The notes under the pieces: generated by a model
The model's database searches: none
What the model was told of the DNA's origin: nothing
Seen by the model: the letters and a program-made list of their open reading frames with translations, nothing else
NCBI GenBank assembly: GCA_030390025.1
Contig: CM059431.1
Span: 139,192,001-139,256,000 of the forward strand
Reading direction: 5' to 3'
Length of the DNA stretch: 64,000 bases
Source of the DNA: Squalus acanthias
Lineage: Eukaryota
Made by a program: the position numbers and the translations under genes
In this document: positions 11,265 through 22,742 of the stretch, in pieces
How positions within the stretch are numbered: the stretch's first letter is position 1
Layout of the letters: every line of letters starts with the position of its first letter

Positions 11265-13240
11265 CATAGAACCATAACAACAGGAGTAGACCATTCAGCC
11301 CCGTCAGCCTGCTCCACCATTCAATTACAGCACGGCTGATCGGTACCCTAACCATATCTACCCGCTCCCGCTCGTTATACTTGGATACCCTTGGCTAGCA
11401 AAAACCTATCTATCTCTGATTTAAACTTATTGGCCCAGAATTTTCAATCAGTGGCGAAGTGAAGGCATTCGCCGCTGGCCCGGAATTAAGCTTCACACAA
11501 CGATTTTGCGATCTCTAGGTGGAGAAGTTCGGGTTTTCCAACATTCAATTCAAATGTATTGCATTTTGTGAGAGAGAGTTCCACACTTCCACTACTCTTT
11601 ATTGAAGAATTTTGTCCGACCTTCTCTATTAAAATGCCCAGCTCTGATTGAAAGCTTATGTCCCCTATCCTAGAGTCGCCCAATAGTGGAAATGTTTCTC
11701 TCTACCCTGTCAATTCCTTCCAAAACCCTAAAATTCTCAATTTATTTCAACCGTTAACCTTCTATATTCCATGGAATAGAAGCCTAGTTTATGTAATCTC
11801 TCCTCATAATCTAACCCTTGGAGCCCCAGTAACATTCTGGTGAATCTGCGCTCCAATCCTTCATGGATCAATATATCCTTTCTAAGGTACAATTCCCCGC
11901 GCTGTACGCAGTACTTCAGATGTGATCTAAGCAGGGCTTTGTATAGCTGTAGCAAAACATCTTACCCTTTATAGTATAGCCCACTGGTTGCAATTTGCTG
12001 TCAGTCCATTAGCCGTTTTGATTATTTTTTATCTGACTATTACATTTTAGCAATCTGTGCACATGGACCCCTAAATCTCTTAGGACCTCCACTGTTCCTA
12101 TATTTTACAAATACTCAGATCTATCCTGTTTTGTTCTAAAATGTATAATCACACACTTAGGTGTATTGAAATCCATCTGCCACAGTTTAGCTCCTCACTC
12201 AATCTATCAAGATTTATTCGTAATTTTATGCTCCGATTACATTACTTACTGTGTCACCCGTCTTTGTTTCATCGACAAACTTGCATATGTGGGTCTTGAT
12301 ATTGTTATAAGTCATGAATAAATAATGTGAATAGTTGAAGGCCCAGCACACATCCTTGTGGACCACCACTAGTCACTTCCGTCCAATTAGAGTACATACT
12401 CATTATTCCTACTCTCTTCTGCCGCCTAACCACTGTCCTAACCAGGACATTAATTTACCTTCAATTCCATGAACTTTAATTTGAGCAAAATGTCTCTTTT
12501 GTAGAACCTTCTCGAATGCCTCCTGGAATTCCATATAAACTACATCCATGTACATTTCCCTCTCTACCACTTTAGTTTCTTCCTCAATAAAATCAATTAG
12601 TATCGTTATACCTGACCTACTAATTACAATTCCATGTTGGCTCTCTCTAGTCAGCTCAATATTGGCTGAGTGCTCACTCAGTCATTAATTATAGATTCCA
12701 ATAAATTCCCTGTAACACAAGTTAACTAAAAGGTCCATAATTTCCTGGGTTTTTTCTCACAACTTTCTAAAATAGTAGAGTTCCAGCTATAATTTTCTAA
12801 TCTAAAATGATAATTCCTGAATACCGATTGCTTTGGAAGATTATGGCTAACACAACTGCAATTTACTCACCTACTTTCTTTAAAACTCTGGCAGGAAATC
12901 TTCAGGTCCTGAGGAAGTCTTCCATTTAAGTGCCTTTATTTTTTGTAATACTGTTTTCTTGCAAACGTTAACTTTAGTGAGTGCCAGTCCTTGATTCATT
13001 ACTAGTTTCGCTGGAATGTTAGGTACATTATCCCCTTCCCCTACTGTGAAGACAGACACACATTAATAATTATTTGCATTTGCAATATTACCCACATATA
13101 TTTCTAAATTAATCTCATTACCCTTGACCATATCTTTTTCTTCTAATATAATTGTAAAAACGTTTCGTGTTATTCTTGGTAATCTACAAAAGTTTATTTT
13201 CGTACTCCTTTTTGAAGCTCTTACTATCATTTTTTTCTTC
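11265..13240 (-). mobile_element. Old degenerate CR1 LINE fragment
   Basis: LLQLYKALLRSHLKYCVQ...LERRFTRMLLGL motif plus decayed RT upstream. Confidence 0.85.
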
Positions 13241-13253
13241 CTTTGTTGTTATC

Positions 13254-15407
13254 GAGTCATAGAGTCATAACTGCACAGAAGGAGGCCATTCGGCACATCG
13301 AGTCCGTGCTGGATCTCTGTAGAGCAACCCAGTCAGTCCCATTCCCCCGCTCTATCCCCGTAGCCCTGCAAGTTTATTTCCCTCAAGTGTCAATCCAGTC
13401 TGCCCTTGAAAAAATTGAGTGTCTCCGCTTATGCCAATTCCGTCGGCAGCGAGTTCCAGGTCCTCACCACTCGCTGCATAAAAACGTTTTTCCTCACATC
13501 GCCACTGTATCTCTTGCCCAAAACCTTAAATCTATGTCCCCTAGTCCTTGGACCATCAACTAGTGGGAACAGCCTTCCCCCGTCTAGCCTATCCAAACCC
13601 GCCATAATCTTGTACACCTCTATCAAATCACCCCGCAACCTCCTTTGCTCTAATAAAACCAAATCCAGCTTCTCCAACCTGTCTTTATAGCTAAGATCCC
13701 CCATCCCCGGAACCATTCTGGTGAATCTACTCTGCACCCTCTCAAGGGCCTTCACATCCTTCCTAAAGTGTGGTGACCAGAACTAGAAGCAATACTCGAG
13801 TTGTGCCCTAACCAGCGCTTTATAAAGGCTCAGCATAACTTTTCTACTTTTGTATTCAATACCACTGTTTATGAAGTTCAAGATCCCATATGCTTTGTTA
13901 ACCACTCTTACGCTATGCCCTGCCACCTTCAGGAACCTATGCACATTAACTCCCAGGTCCCTCTGTCCCTGCACACTCTTTAAAACTGTGCAATTAAGTG
14001 TATATTGCCTCTCCCTGTTCCTTTTGCCAAAATGAATTAACCACAGTTCTCTGTATTAAATTCCATCTGCCACTTGAATCCCATTCTGCTGGCGTTTCTA
14101 TGTCCTGTTGCAGTCAATTAGTATTATCCTCAGTTTTCACTCTCCAAAGTTTAGTGTCATCGGTAAATTAAGAAGTTCTACTCTGAATTCCAATATCCAG
14201 GTCAATTATATATATCAAAAAAAGCAGTGGCCCCAGCACTGACCCTTGGGGAACACCGCTGTCGACCATCGTCCAGTCTGATAAACAGCCATTTACCACA
14301 ACTCGCTGTTTTCTGTCCTTTAGCCAATTCTTTATCAAAGTTGCCACTGACCCACCTATTCCATGAGCCTCAATTGTGTTAATCAGCCTTCTATGTGGTA
14401 CTTTGTCAAACGCCTTCCGAAAATCAATGTAGACAACAGCCATTGCATTCCCTTCATCAATCCTCCCTGTTATTTCATTAAAAAATTCAATTAGATTAGT
14501 CAAAGACGATCTGCCTTTTAAAAATTCGTGTTTGCGCTCCTTAATTAGCTTAAACCTCTCCAAGTGCCCGTTAATTTTTCCCTTGGTTATTATTTATAAA
14601 ACTTTACCCACCAGTGATGTTAAACTGGCCGGCCTGTAGTTACTAGGATTGTCTTTATATCTTTTCTTGGACAATGGTGTCACATTTGCCAATCTTCAGG
14701 CACCTCCCCTTTTGGAACTACACTATTCTTTGCACTTTTTAACACTATTTCCTGTAATTTTATTTATCTCTCAACTCTTTGACGACCATTTCCGTTTTAA
14801 TTGGTAAGTAAAGCTTTTGCCCTTTAGGGGTATATACTGGCCCAGTATTAAGCCAAATTCTTTTCTGAACACCTCCCACTGCTCATCTGCAGTCTTACTC
14901 GATAACAATTTTGACCAGATTGCTGTCGTCAGTCTCTGTCTCTTCCCGTTCATGTGACCAAAATGGAGATTCTTAAAATTGTGTTACGTTTCTCCTTTAA
15001 ATCCGAGCGTTGCAATCGATCATATTATGCTCACTGTTAGATAATAGTTCTCTTACTGTTATATTATTAACTAAGACTGGATCATTGTTCATTACTAAAT
15101 GTACTAAATCTTTTTGGTTCTTCAACATATTGCTCCAGAAAACTATCTTGAATGTACTCAATATATTCACTACCTTTCCGACTTGAGCTCTTCCCATGTT
15201 AGCTGAAAATTAAAGTCTCCAATTAACACAACCCTGCTTTTGCTACAATCCTCTCTAATCTCTGAATTAACACATGCTGTATCTTCATTGCTGCTATCGG
15301 GAAACCTGTAGACAACTCCCGTTAAAGCTTTCAGTAGTTGCTTATTTCTCAATTCCCAACACAGCCTCCCAGCTGATTACTTTACCTTACGTATATCCTC
15401 TCTCACT
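13254..15407 (-). mobile_element. CR1 LINE fragment (APE to 3' end), interrupted by the younger CR1; resumes at ~19577-19645
   Basis: [38 protein letters not shown] motifs; (ACTCTATG)-type tail at 13254-13269; KDRETVRGG APE piece beyond 19577. Confidence 0.88.
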
Positions 15408-15506
15408 CATAGATACATAGATACATAGAAGATAGGAGCAGGAGTAGGCCATCCGGCCCTTCGAGCCTGCTCCGCCATTTAATGAGATCATGGCTGATCC
15501 TTCAAT

Positions 15507-18458
15507 TCAGTATCCCGTCCCCGCCTTCTCTCCGTAACCCTTAACCCCTTTTGCCTGTAGAAATATATCTAATTCCCTCTTAAATATATTTAATGAGCTG
15601 GCGTACACTGCCCTCTGTGGCAATGAGTTCCACAGGTTCACCACTCTCTGAGTGAAGAAATTCCCCCTCATTTCTGTCCTAAATGGTTTAGCCCTTATCC
15701 TTAAATTATGTCCTCTAGTTCTGTTCTCACCCGCCAAGGGAAACATTCCTTCTGCATCTAATCTGTCTAGACCTGTCAGAATTTTATACACTTCTATGAG
15801 GTCCCCTCTCAATCTTCTAAACTCCAGTGTGTACATCCCTAAACTACATAGTCTCTCCTCATAGGTCAATCCCGCCATTCCTGGTATCAGCCTGGTGAAT
15901 CGCCGCTGCACCCCCTCCATGGCAAGAACATCTTTCCTCAGATGAGGCGACCAAAACTGTACACAGTACTCGAGGTGTGGTCTCACCAGTGCCCTGTACA
16001 GCTGCAGCAAGGTATCCCTGTTCCTGTATTCCAACCCTTTTGCTATGAAGGCCAGCATACCGTTTGCCTTCTTGACCGCCTGTTGCACCTGCATGCTCGC
16101 CTTCAGTGACTGGTGTACAAGAACACCCAGGTCTCTCTGTACTTCCCCCTCTCCCAATTTATTGCCATTTAAATAATAATTTGCCCTCCCGTTCCTGCAC
16201 CCAAGGTGGATAACTTCGCACTTGTCCACATTATAGTGCATCTGCCATTTATCCGCCCAATCACCCAGTCTGTCCAAATCGCTCTGGAGCTTCCTGGTCT
16301 CCTCCTCTGAGCCCACCCCCCCTCCTAGTTTAGTGTCGTCTGCAAATTTGGAAATGCTGCATTCGACTCCCTGATCCAGGTCATTAATATAAATTGTGAA
16401 CAGCTGGGGACCCAGGACAGATCCCTGTGGTACCCCACTTGTTACTGCCTGCCATTCAGAAAATGAGCCGTTTATTCCAACTCTCTGTTTTCTATCTGAC
16501 AGCCAGTTCTCTATCCACGTCAATACTTTCCCCTTTATCCCATGAGCTTCAATTTTCCATGCTAATCTTTTATGTGGGACCTTATCGAAGGCCTTTTGGA
16601 AGTCCAGGTACACCACATCTACTGGCTCTCCCCCATCTATTTTACCAGTTACTCCCTCAAAAAATTCCAATAGATTAGTCAAGCACGATTTACCCTTTGT
16701 AAATCCATGTTGACTCTGTCCTATCCTGTCCCCATTTGCTAAGTGCTCGGCTATTTCATCCTTAATGATGGACTCCAGCATTTTGCCCACAACTGATGTA
16801 AGGCTTACAGGTCTGTAATTACCTGCTTTTTCCCTACCCCCCTTTTTGAATAGTGGGGTAACGTTAGCTACCCTCCAATCCATGGGCACTGTTCCCGAGT
16901 CTAATGAATTCTGAAAAATCATGCTTAGTGCATCCGCTATCTCTAGGGCCACCTCCTTCAGTACCCTAGGATGCATGTTATCAGGCCCTGGGGATTTGTC
17001 CGCCTTCAATCCCTTTAGCTTCCTTAACACCATATCCTTAGAGATATTGATTTGCGTCAGTTCCTCCTTTGCCAATGTCCCTATTTTTCCCGATATCCCA
17101 GGGAGGTTTTTTGTGTCTTCCTTCGTAAAGACTGACCCAAAGTATGCATTTAGTTGGTCTGCCATTTCCTTATTTCCCATTATATATTCCCCCGTATCTG
17201 ACTGCAATGGACCAACTTTGGTTTTCACCAGTCTTTTCCTCTTGATATACTTATAAAAGCTTTTGGAGTTAGTTTTTATATTTTCCGCCAGCTTGCTTTC
17301 GTAAGCTATTTTGCCCTTCTTGATTAAGCCCTTTGCCCTCCTTTGCTCTATCTTAAACTGTTCCCAATCTTCCGCTCTGGCGCGTTTTTTGGCTATTTTA
17401 TACGCCCTATCTTTGGATTTTATGCTGTCTCTAATTTCCCCTGTTATCCACGGTTGAGTCACCTTTTTAGATTTCCTTTTATGCCAGATTGGTATAAACA
17501 ATTTTTGCAATTTTGTCATTCTATCTTTAAATGCTTGCCATTGTTTATCTACCTCCAGTCCTCCCAGGAACGTTGTCCAATCAGACCTACTCAGTTCCCG
17601 TCTAATGGCATCATAATTCCCCTTGTTTAAATTCAGGACCTGAGTCTCTGAGTCAATTTCTTCGCTCTCCATTTCGAGTGAGAAATCGATCATGTTATGA
17701 TCGCTCTGACCCAAGGGTCCCCGTACAACAAGATTACTAATTAGTCCCTTCTCATTGCACAGTACCCAGTCCAATATAGCCTGTTCCCGAGTTGGTTCCT
17801 CGACATATTGATCCAGATAACCATCCCTTAAACACTCAAGGAATTCCTCCTCCTCATTATTTTTACTGATTAGGCTAGTCCAATCTATATGTAAGTTAAA
17901 GTCACCTATGATGACAGCTGTGCTCTTATTGCACGCTTCTCTAATTTCCCTCGTGATGCCCTCCCCAACCTCTATTTTACTATTTGGAGGCCTATATACC
18001 ACTCCTATTAATGTTTTTCGCCCCTCGCTATTTCTTAGCTCCACCCATATAGATTCTGTATTAACTGAGTTAATATCCTTCCTTTCAATTGCATTTATCC
18101 CCTCTTTTACCAGCAATGCTACCCCTCCTCCCTTTCTTTTTTGTCGATCCTTCCTAAATACTGAATACCCCTGTATGTTAAGCTCCCAGCCCTGCTCACC
18201 CTGCAACCATGTTTCCGTAATCCCAATTAGATCATAATTATTAACCTCTATTTCCACAGCTAATTCATCTACCTTGTTCCTGATGCTTCTCGCATTAAGG
18301 TATAAAACCCTCAGGCTTTTTTTATGCTCACATTTTTTATGAATTAGTTTGGCCCTTTGTTTTTTGTTCCTCTCCTTTTTACCATTTATTTCTGTCTGCC
18401 TTTCACTTTCCTCTATTTCACTACATGGGTTTCTAGCCCCCTGCCATACTAGTTTAAA
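15507..18458 (-). CDS. CR1 ORF2: APE endonuclease + reverse transcriptase (open frame extends 67 codons upstream of the tracked GTG start)
   Basis: LYLNARSIRNK, ITETW, GDFN, SDHN (APE); [27 protein letters not shown] (RT). Frame is open from TTT AAA CTA at 18458 to the stop at 15507. Confidence 0.95.
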   Translation of the reverse strand, partial: FKLVWQGARNPCSEIEESERQTEINGKKERNKKQRAKLIHKKCEHKKSLRVLYLNARSIRNKVDELAVEIEVNNYDLIGITETWLQGEQGWELNIQGYSVFRKDRQKRKGGGVALLVKEGINAIERKDINSVNTESIWVELRNSEGRKTLIGVVYRPPNSKIEVGEGITREIREACNKSTAVIIGDFNLHIDWTSLISKNNEEEEFLECLRDGYLDQYVEEPTREQAILDWVLCNEKGLISNLVVRGPLGQSDHNMIDFSLEMESEEIDSETQVLNLNKGNYDAIRRELSRSDWTTFLGGLEVDKQWQAFKDRMTKLQKLFIPIWHKRKSKKVTQPWITGEIRDSIKSKDRAYKIAKKRARAEDWEQFKIEQRRAKGLIKKGKIAYESKLAENIKTNSKSFYKYIKRKRLVKTKVGPLQSDTGEYIMGNKEMADQLNAYFGSVFTKEDTKNLPGISGKIGTLAKEELTQINISKDMVLRKLKGLKADKSPGPDNMHPRVLKEVALEIADALSMIFQNSLDSGTVPMDWRVANVTPLFKKGGREKAGNYRPVSLTSVVGKMLESIIKDEIAEHLANGDRIGQSQHGFTKGKSCLTNLLEFFEGVTGKIDGGEPVDVVYLDFQKAFDKVPHKRLAWKIEAHGIKGKVLTWIENWLSDRKQRVGINGSFSEWQAVTSGVPQGSVLGPQLFTIYINDLDQGVECSISKFADDTKLGGGVGSEEETRKLQSDLDRLGDWADKWQMHYNVDKCEVIHLGCRNGRANYYLNGNKLGEGEVQRDLGVLVHQSLKASMQVQQAVKKANGMLAFIAKGLEYRNRDTLLQLYRALVRPHLEYCVQFWSPHLRKDVLAMEGVQRRFTRLIPGMAGLTYEERLCSLGMYTLEFRRLRGDLIEVYKILTGLDRLDAEGMFPLAGENRTRGHNLRIRAKPFRTEMRGNFFTQRVVNLWNSLPQRAVYASSLNIFKRELDIFLQAKGVKGYGEKAGTGY

Positions 18459-19396
18459 TGCTCCCGAACTGCTTTATCAAAATTTACCCCGAGAACCTCA
18501 GTTCCATCTTTGCACAGGTGTAGACCGTCCCTTTTGTATAGGTCACACCTACCACAAAACTGGTCCCAATGCCTCAAAAATTTAAAACCCTCCCTCTTAC
18601 ACCACTGCTCAAGCCACGTATTTAGCCTAACTATCCTGTTCTCTGTACTCTTACTAGCACGTGGCACTGGTAGTAATCCAGAGATTACTACCTTCGAGGT
18701 CCTACTTTTTAGCTTGGCTCCTAACTCCCTAAATTCTACTTGTAGGACCTCTTCCCTTTTTTTAGCTACGTCGTTGGTACCAACATGTATCACGACAACT
18801 GGCTGTTCCCCCTCCCCCTCCAGAATGTTCTGCACCCGCGCCGAGACATCCTTGACCCTTGCACCAGGGAGGCAAATTACCATCCTGGAGTCTCGGTCGC
18901 GACCACAGAAACTCCTATCTATTCCCCTTACAATCGAATCCCCTATTACTATAGCCCTGCCACTCTTTTTCCCTCCCTTCTTTGCAACAGAGCCAGTCAT
19001 GGTGCCATGAGCCTGGCTGCTGGTGCCTTCCCCCGATGAGTCATCCCCCCCGACAACAGCACCTAAGGCGGTGAACCTGTTGCTGAGGGAGACAACCCCA
19101 GGGGATTCCTGCACTACCTTCCTGCCCTTGCTCTGCCTTTTGGTCACCCATGTACTATCTACTCTGGCCTTAACCTGCGGTGTGACCAACTCACTAAATG
19201 TGCTATTCACAACCCTCTCAGAATCGTGGATGCTCCAAAGTGAGTCCATCCGCAGCTCAAGGGCCGTCATGCGGTCCCACATGAGCTGCAGCTGGACACA
19301 CTTCCCGCACACATGGTTGTCAGGGACACAGGAAGCGTCCATGATTTCCCACATGTTACAGGAGGAGCATGACACAGGTCCGAGCTCTACTGCCAT
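18449..19396 (-). CDS. CR1 ORF1p: Cys-rich zinc finger/leucine zipper + SGNH/GDSL esterase domain (315 aa)
   Basis: CSSC...CGKC, then IVIGDSIVRG, CLPGA, HVGTND, DGLHL esterase blocks. Confidence 0.95.
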   Translation of the reverse strand: MAVELGPVSCSSCNMWEIMDASCVPDNHVCGKCVQLQLMWDRMTALELRMDSLWSIHDSERVVNSTFSELVTPQVKARVDSTWVTKRQSKGRKVVQESPGVVSLSNRFTALGAVVGGDDSSGEGTSSQAHGTMTGSVAKKGGKKSGRAIVIGDSIVRGIDRSFCGRDRDSRMVICLPGARVKDVSARVQNILEGEGEQPVVVIHVGTNDVAKKREEVLQVEFRELGAKLKSRTSKVVISGLLPVPRASKSTENRIVRLNTWLEQWCKREGFKFLRHWDQFCGRCDLYKRDGLHLCKDGTEVLGVNFDKAVREHLN

Positions 19397-19649
19397 GACT
19401 TAACCCTTATATTACTTATTAATTTTCTAGTTTTAGTTTATTTATTGACTTTTGTTTTCCCGAAGCTTACTTAGACCAATGTATACTGTACTCCTCTTAT
19501 TCCTTTTTAAACTAACCAAATCGCACTAGTTTTAGTTGTACTTTCTAGGAAGGTTTGAGGAAAGTACTTACCAGTTATGCTGTAATATACCTTTAATCAT
19601 TTCGGCTGTCCTTCCTCCCCTTACAGTTTCCCGATCCTTTATACAGAGC

Positions 19650-21293
19650 ACTATCACTAGAGGAAAAAGTACTAGGCAAACTAATGGTTCTAAATGTGAA
19701 CAAGTCCACTGTACCTGATGGCCTGCATCCTATGGTCTTAAAATAATTGGCTGCATAGATAGTGGATGCATTGGTTGTAATCCACCAAAATTCCCTGGAT
19801 TCTGAAGTGGTCCCAGCGTATTGGAAAACCGGAAATGTAAAGCCCCAATTCAAGAAGGAGGGACACAGAAAGCAGGAAACTATAGACCAGTTAGCCTAAC
19901 ATCTGTCATTTTGAAAATGCTGGAGGCCATTATTAAGAAATTAGCAGCAGGATATTTAGAAAATCATAATACAATCAAGCAGATTCAGCAGGGTTTTATG
20001 AAAGGGAAATCACGTTTGTCAAATTTGCTATAGAGTTCTTTGAGGATGTAACGAGCAGGGTGGATAAAGGGGAACCAGTAGATGCAGATTATTTGGATTT
20101 CCAGAAGGTGTTCGATAAGGTGCCACATAAAAGGTTACTGCCCAAGTTAAGAGCTCACGGGCTTGGGGTAATATATTAGCATAGTTGGAGGATTGGCTAA
20201 CTCACAGGAAACAGAAAAATCGGGATAAATGGGGAATTTTTAGGTTGGCAAACTGTAACTAGTGGGGTGCCATAGGGATCAGTGCTGGGGCCTCAACTAT
20301 TTACAATCTATATTAACGGCTTGGATGAAGGAACCGAGTGTAATGTAGCCAAATTTGCTGATGATACAAAGATAGGTGGGAAAGCAAGTTGTGAGGAGGA
20401 CACAGAAAGCCTGAAAAGGCAGACAGATAGGGTAAGTGAATGGTCAAACATTTAGGAGATGGGGTACAATGTGAGAAAATGTGAGGTTATCCACTTTGGT
20501 AGGAAAAATAAAAAAGCAAATTATTATTAAAATGGAGAGAGACTACAAAATGCTGCACTGAAGAGGTATCTGTGGTTCTTTGTACATGACATTCAAAAAG
20601 TTAGCATGCATGTACAGCAATTAATTGGAAAAGCAAATGGAATGTTGGCCTTTATTGCAAGGGGATGGAGTATACAAGTAGGGAAGTCATGCTACAGCTG
20701 GACAGGGCATTGGTGAGACCACACCTGGAGGACTGCGAACAGTTTTGGTCTCCTTATTTAAGGAGGTATATATTTGCATTGGAGGAAGTTCATAGAAGGT
20801 TGACTAGGTTGATTCCTGAAATGAGGGGGTCGTCTTATGAAGAAAGGTTGCGCAGGTTGGGATTATACTCACTGGAGATTAGAAGAATGAGAGGTGATCT
20901 TATTGCAACCTATAAGATTCTGAGGAGACTTGACAGGGAAGATACAGAGAGGATGTTTCCCCTCCTGGGGAAAACTAGAAGTAGGGGGCATAGTTTCAAA
21001 ATAAGGGGCCGCCCATTTTAAACGAGAAAAGGAGAAATGTATTCCCTCAGAAGGTCGTGAATCTTTGGAATTCTCTGCCCCAGAGTGCGGTGGAGACTGT
21101 GTCATTGAATATATTTAAGTTGGAGATAGACTGATTTTTGAACTATAGGGGATTCAACGGTTATGGGGAGCGGGCAGGAAAGTGGAGTTGAGGCCTAGTT
21201 CATATAAGCCATGATCTTATTGAATGGCAGAGGAGGCTCGAGGGGCCAAATGGCATACTCCTGTTCCTATTTCTTATATTCTTATGTTCTTAT
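19650..21293 (+). mobile_element. 5'-truncated CR1 LINE (decayed RT to 3' end)
   Basis: AGNYRPVSLTSV, KFADDTK, LVRPHLE motifs with stops; (TTCTTATG)n tail at ~21271-21293. Confidence 0.92.
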
Positions 21294-21380
21294 TACCTGG
21301 AATTTTAAACTCCCGATCATGACCAGATTAAAGCATGTCACAGTAATTGCCACCATGTCGTACCCTCTAAGCTGTATTTA

Positions 21381-22306
21381 AGAACATAAGAAATAGGAGC
21401 AGGGATAGGCCATTCGTCCCTTAGAGCCGGCTCCGTCATTGAATAAGATCATAGCTGATCTGCTACCTCAAGTCCACTTTCCCGGAATGTCCCCATATCC
21501 CTTAATTCCCTTCTTTGCCAAATATTTATCGACCTCTGTCTTGATTGAATATGCTCAACGACTGAGCCTCCACAGCCCTCTGGGGTAGAGAATTCCAAAG
21601 ATGCACCACCGTCTGCGTGAAGAAATTTCTACTCATCTCAATCAGAAATGAACGACCCATTATTCTGAGACTGTGTCTCCTGGTTTTATACTCCCCAGCC
21701 AGGAGAAACCTCCTCCCATCATCTAACCTATCAAGCCCTGTAAGAATGTTAAATGTTTCAATTAAATCACCTCAATTCTTCTAAATTAGAGGGAATATAG
21801 GCCTAGTCTACACAATCACTCCTCATAGGACAATCCCCTCGTCCCAAGCAATCAGTCTGTTGGACATTCGTTGCACTCCCTCTTGGCAAGTATATCCTTT
21901 CTTAGATAAGGAGACTGAAACTTTACACAGTACGTCACGACTGGTCTCTCCAAGGACTCATATAATTGCATTAAGACTTATTTACTCTTATATTGCAATC
22001 ATTTTTTAACAAAGGCTAACATACCATTTGCTTTCCTAATTGCTTGCTGCACCTGTAGGCTAACTTGCAGTGTACAAGGGCACCCAGTTCCCTCTGAATC
22101 CCAACATGGCCCGATGTCTCACCATTTAAAAAATTCTGTTTTTCTATTTTTCCTACCAAATTGAATAACCTCAGATGTGCCCATATTATATTCCATCTGC
22201 CATGTGCTTTCCCACTCACTTAACCTGTCTATATCACATTGCATCATCTTTGCATCCTGCTCACAACTTACTTTCCCACCTAACTTTGCATCATCAGCAA
22301 ACTCGG
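21381..22306 (-). mobile_element. CR1 LINE 3' fragment
   Basis: SEFADDAKLGGKVSCE...WQMEYN; CR1 3' hairpin at ~21395-21435. Confidence 0.9.
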
Positions 22307-22497
22307 ATCGATTTGACACATTTGAACCTCCAATTCACTAACGTTCTTTCCTGTACACCATACGTTCATATATTAAACTCTTATTTGGGAAAGAGATCCT
22401 AACCTGACCGTTTGACCTGATGCTGTCTTTCTTACACCTTTTAACTTAACACGTTTCTTGTCTGTCACTTCTGCTTTAACGAATGAATTATTTTAGT

Positions 22498-22742
22498 GGC
22501 CCAGATATTACGATCCCTACGCGTGTGTACGCGCTGTGTAACCACCCGCAGCGACATCGGAAATGCCGGTTTCAGGCATGCACAGCGCAAGCGCTGAAAA
22601 CCGGCAATTCCGATCTGACAAGAATGCTCTTGACAGATCCTCCGCCTGCCCTGGAGAAGGGCTTCTGCGGCCGGATAGTTCCGCGTTTTGAGACCTTCCC
22701 ACCGCAGAAAACCCTTACAATTCTTACGCCTGGTAAAAGCAA
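22498..22742 (+). mobile_element. 5' part of a non-autonomous DNA transposon; continues at ~30341-30470
   Basis: Starts GGCCCAGATATT; shares the hairpin-rich core with 30471 and 31600 elements; ends CTTACGCCTGGTAAAAGCA and resumes GCAGGCGTAAGGCTTGCTTTTAC after the nested insertions. Confidence 0.65.

Larger units (their letters stand above)
15408..19575 (-). mobile_element. Near full-length, intact, young CR1 LINE (~4.17 kb)
   Basis: Uninterrupted ORF1 and ORF2, 3' hairpin and (TATGTATC)n tail at 15408-15428; nested in an older CR1; no clear TSD; 5' UTR may be truncated. Confidence 0.95.

Noticed and set aside
18400..18447. Pseudoknot downstream of the slippery site
   Set aside because: Only short pairings (AUGG/CCAU, GGG/CCC) are visible by eye; not claimed without folding or probing.
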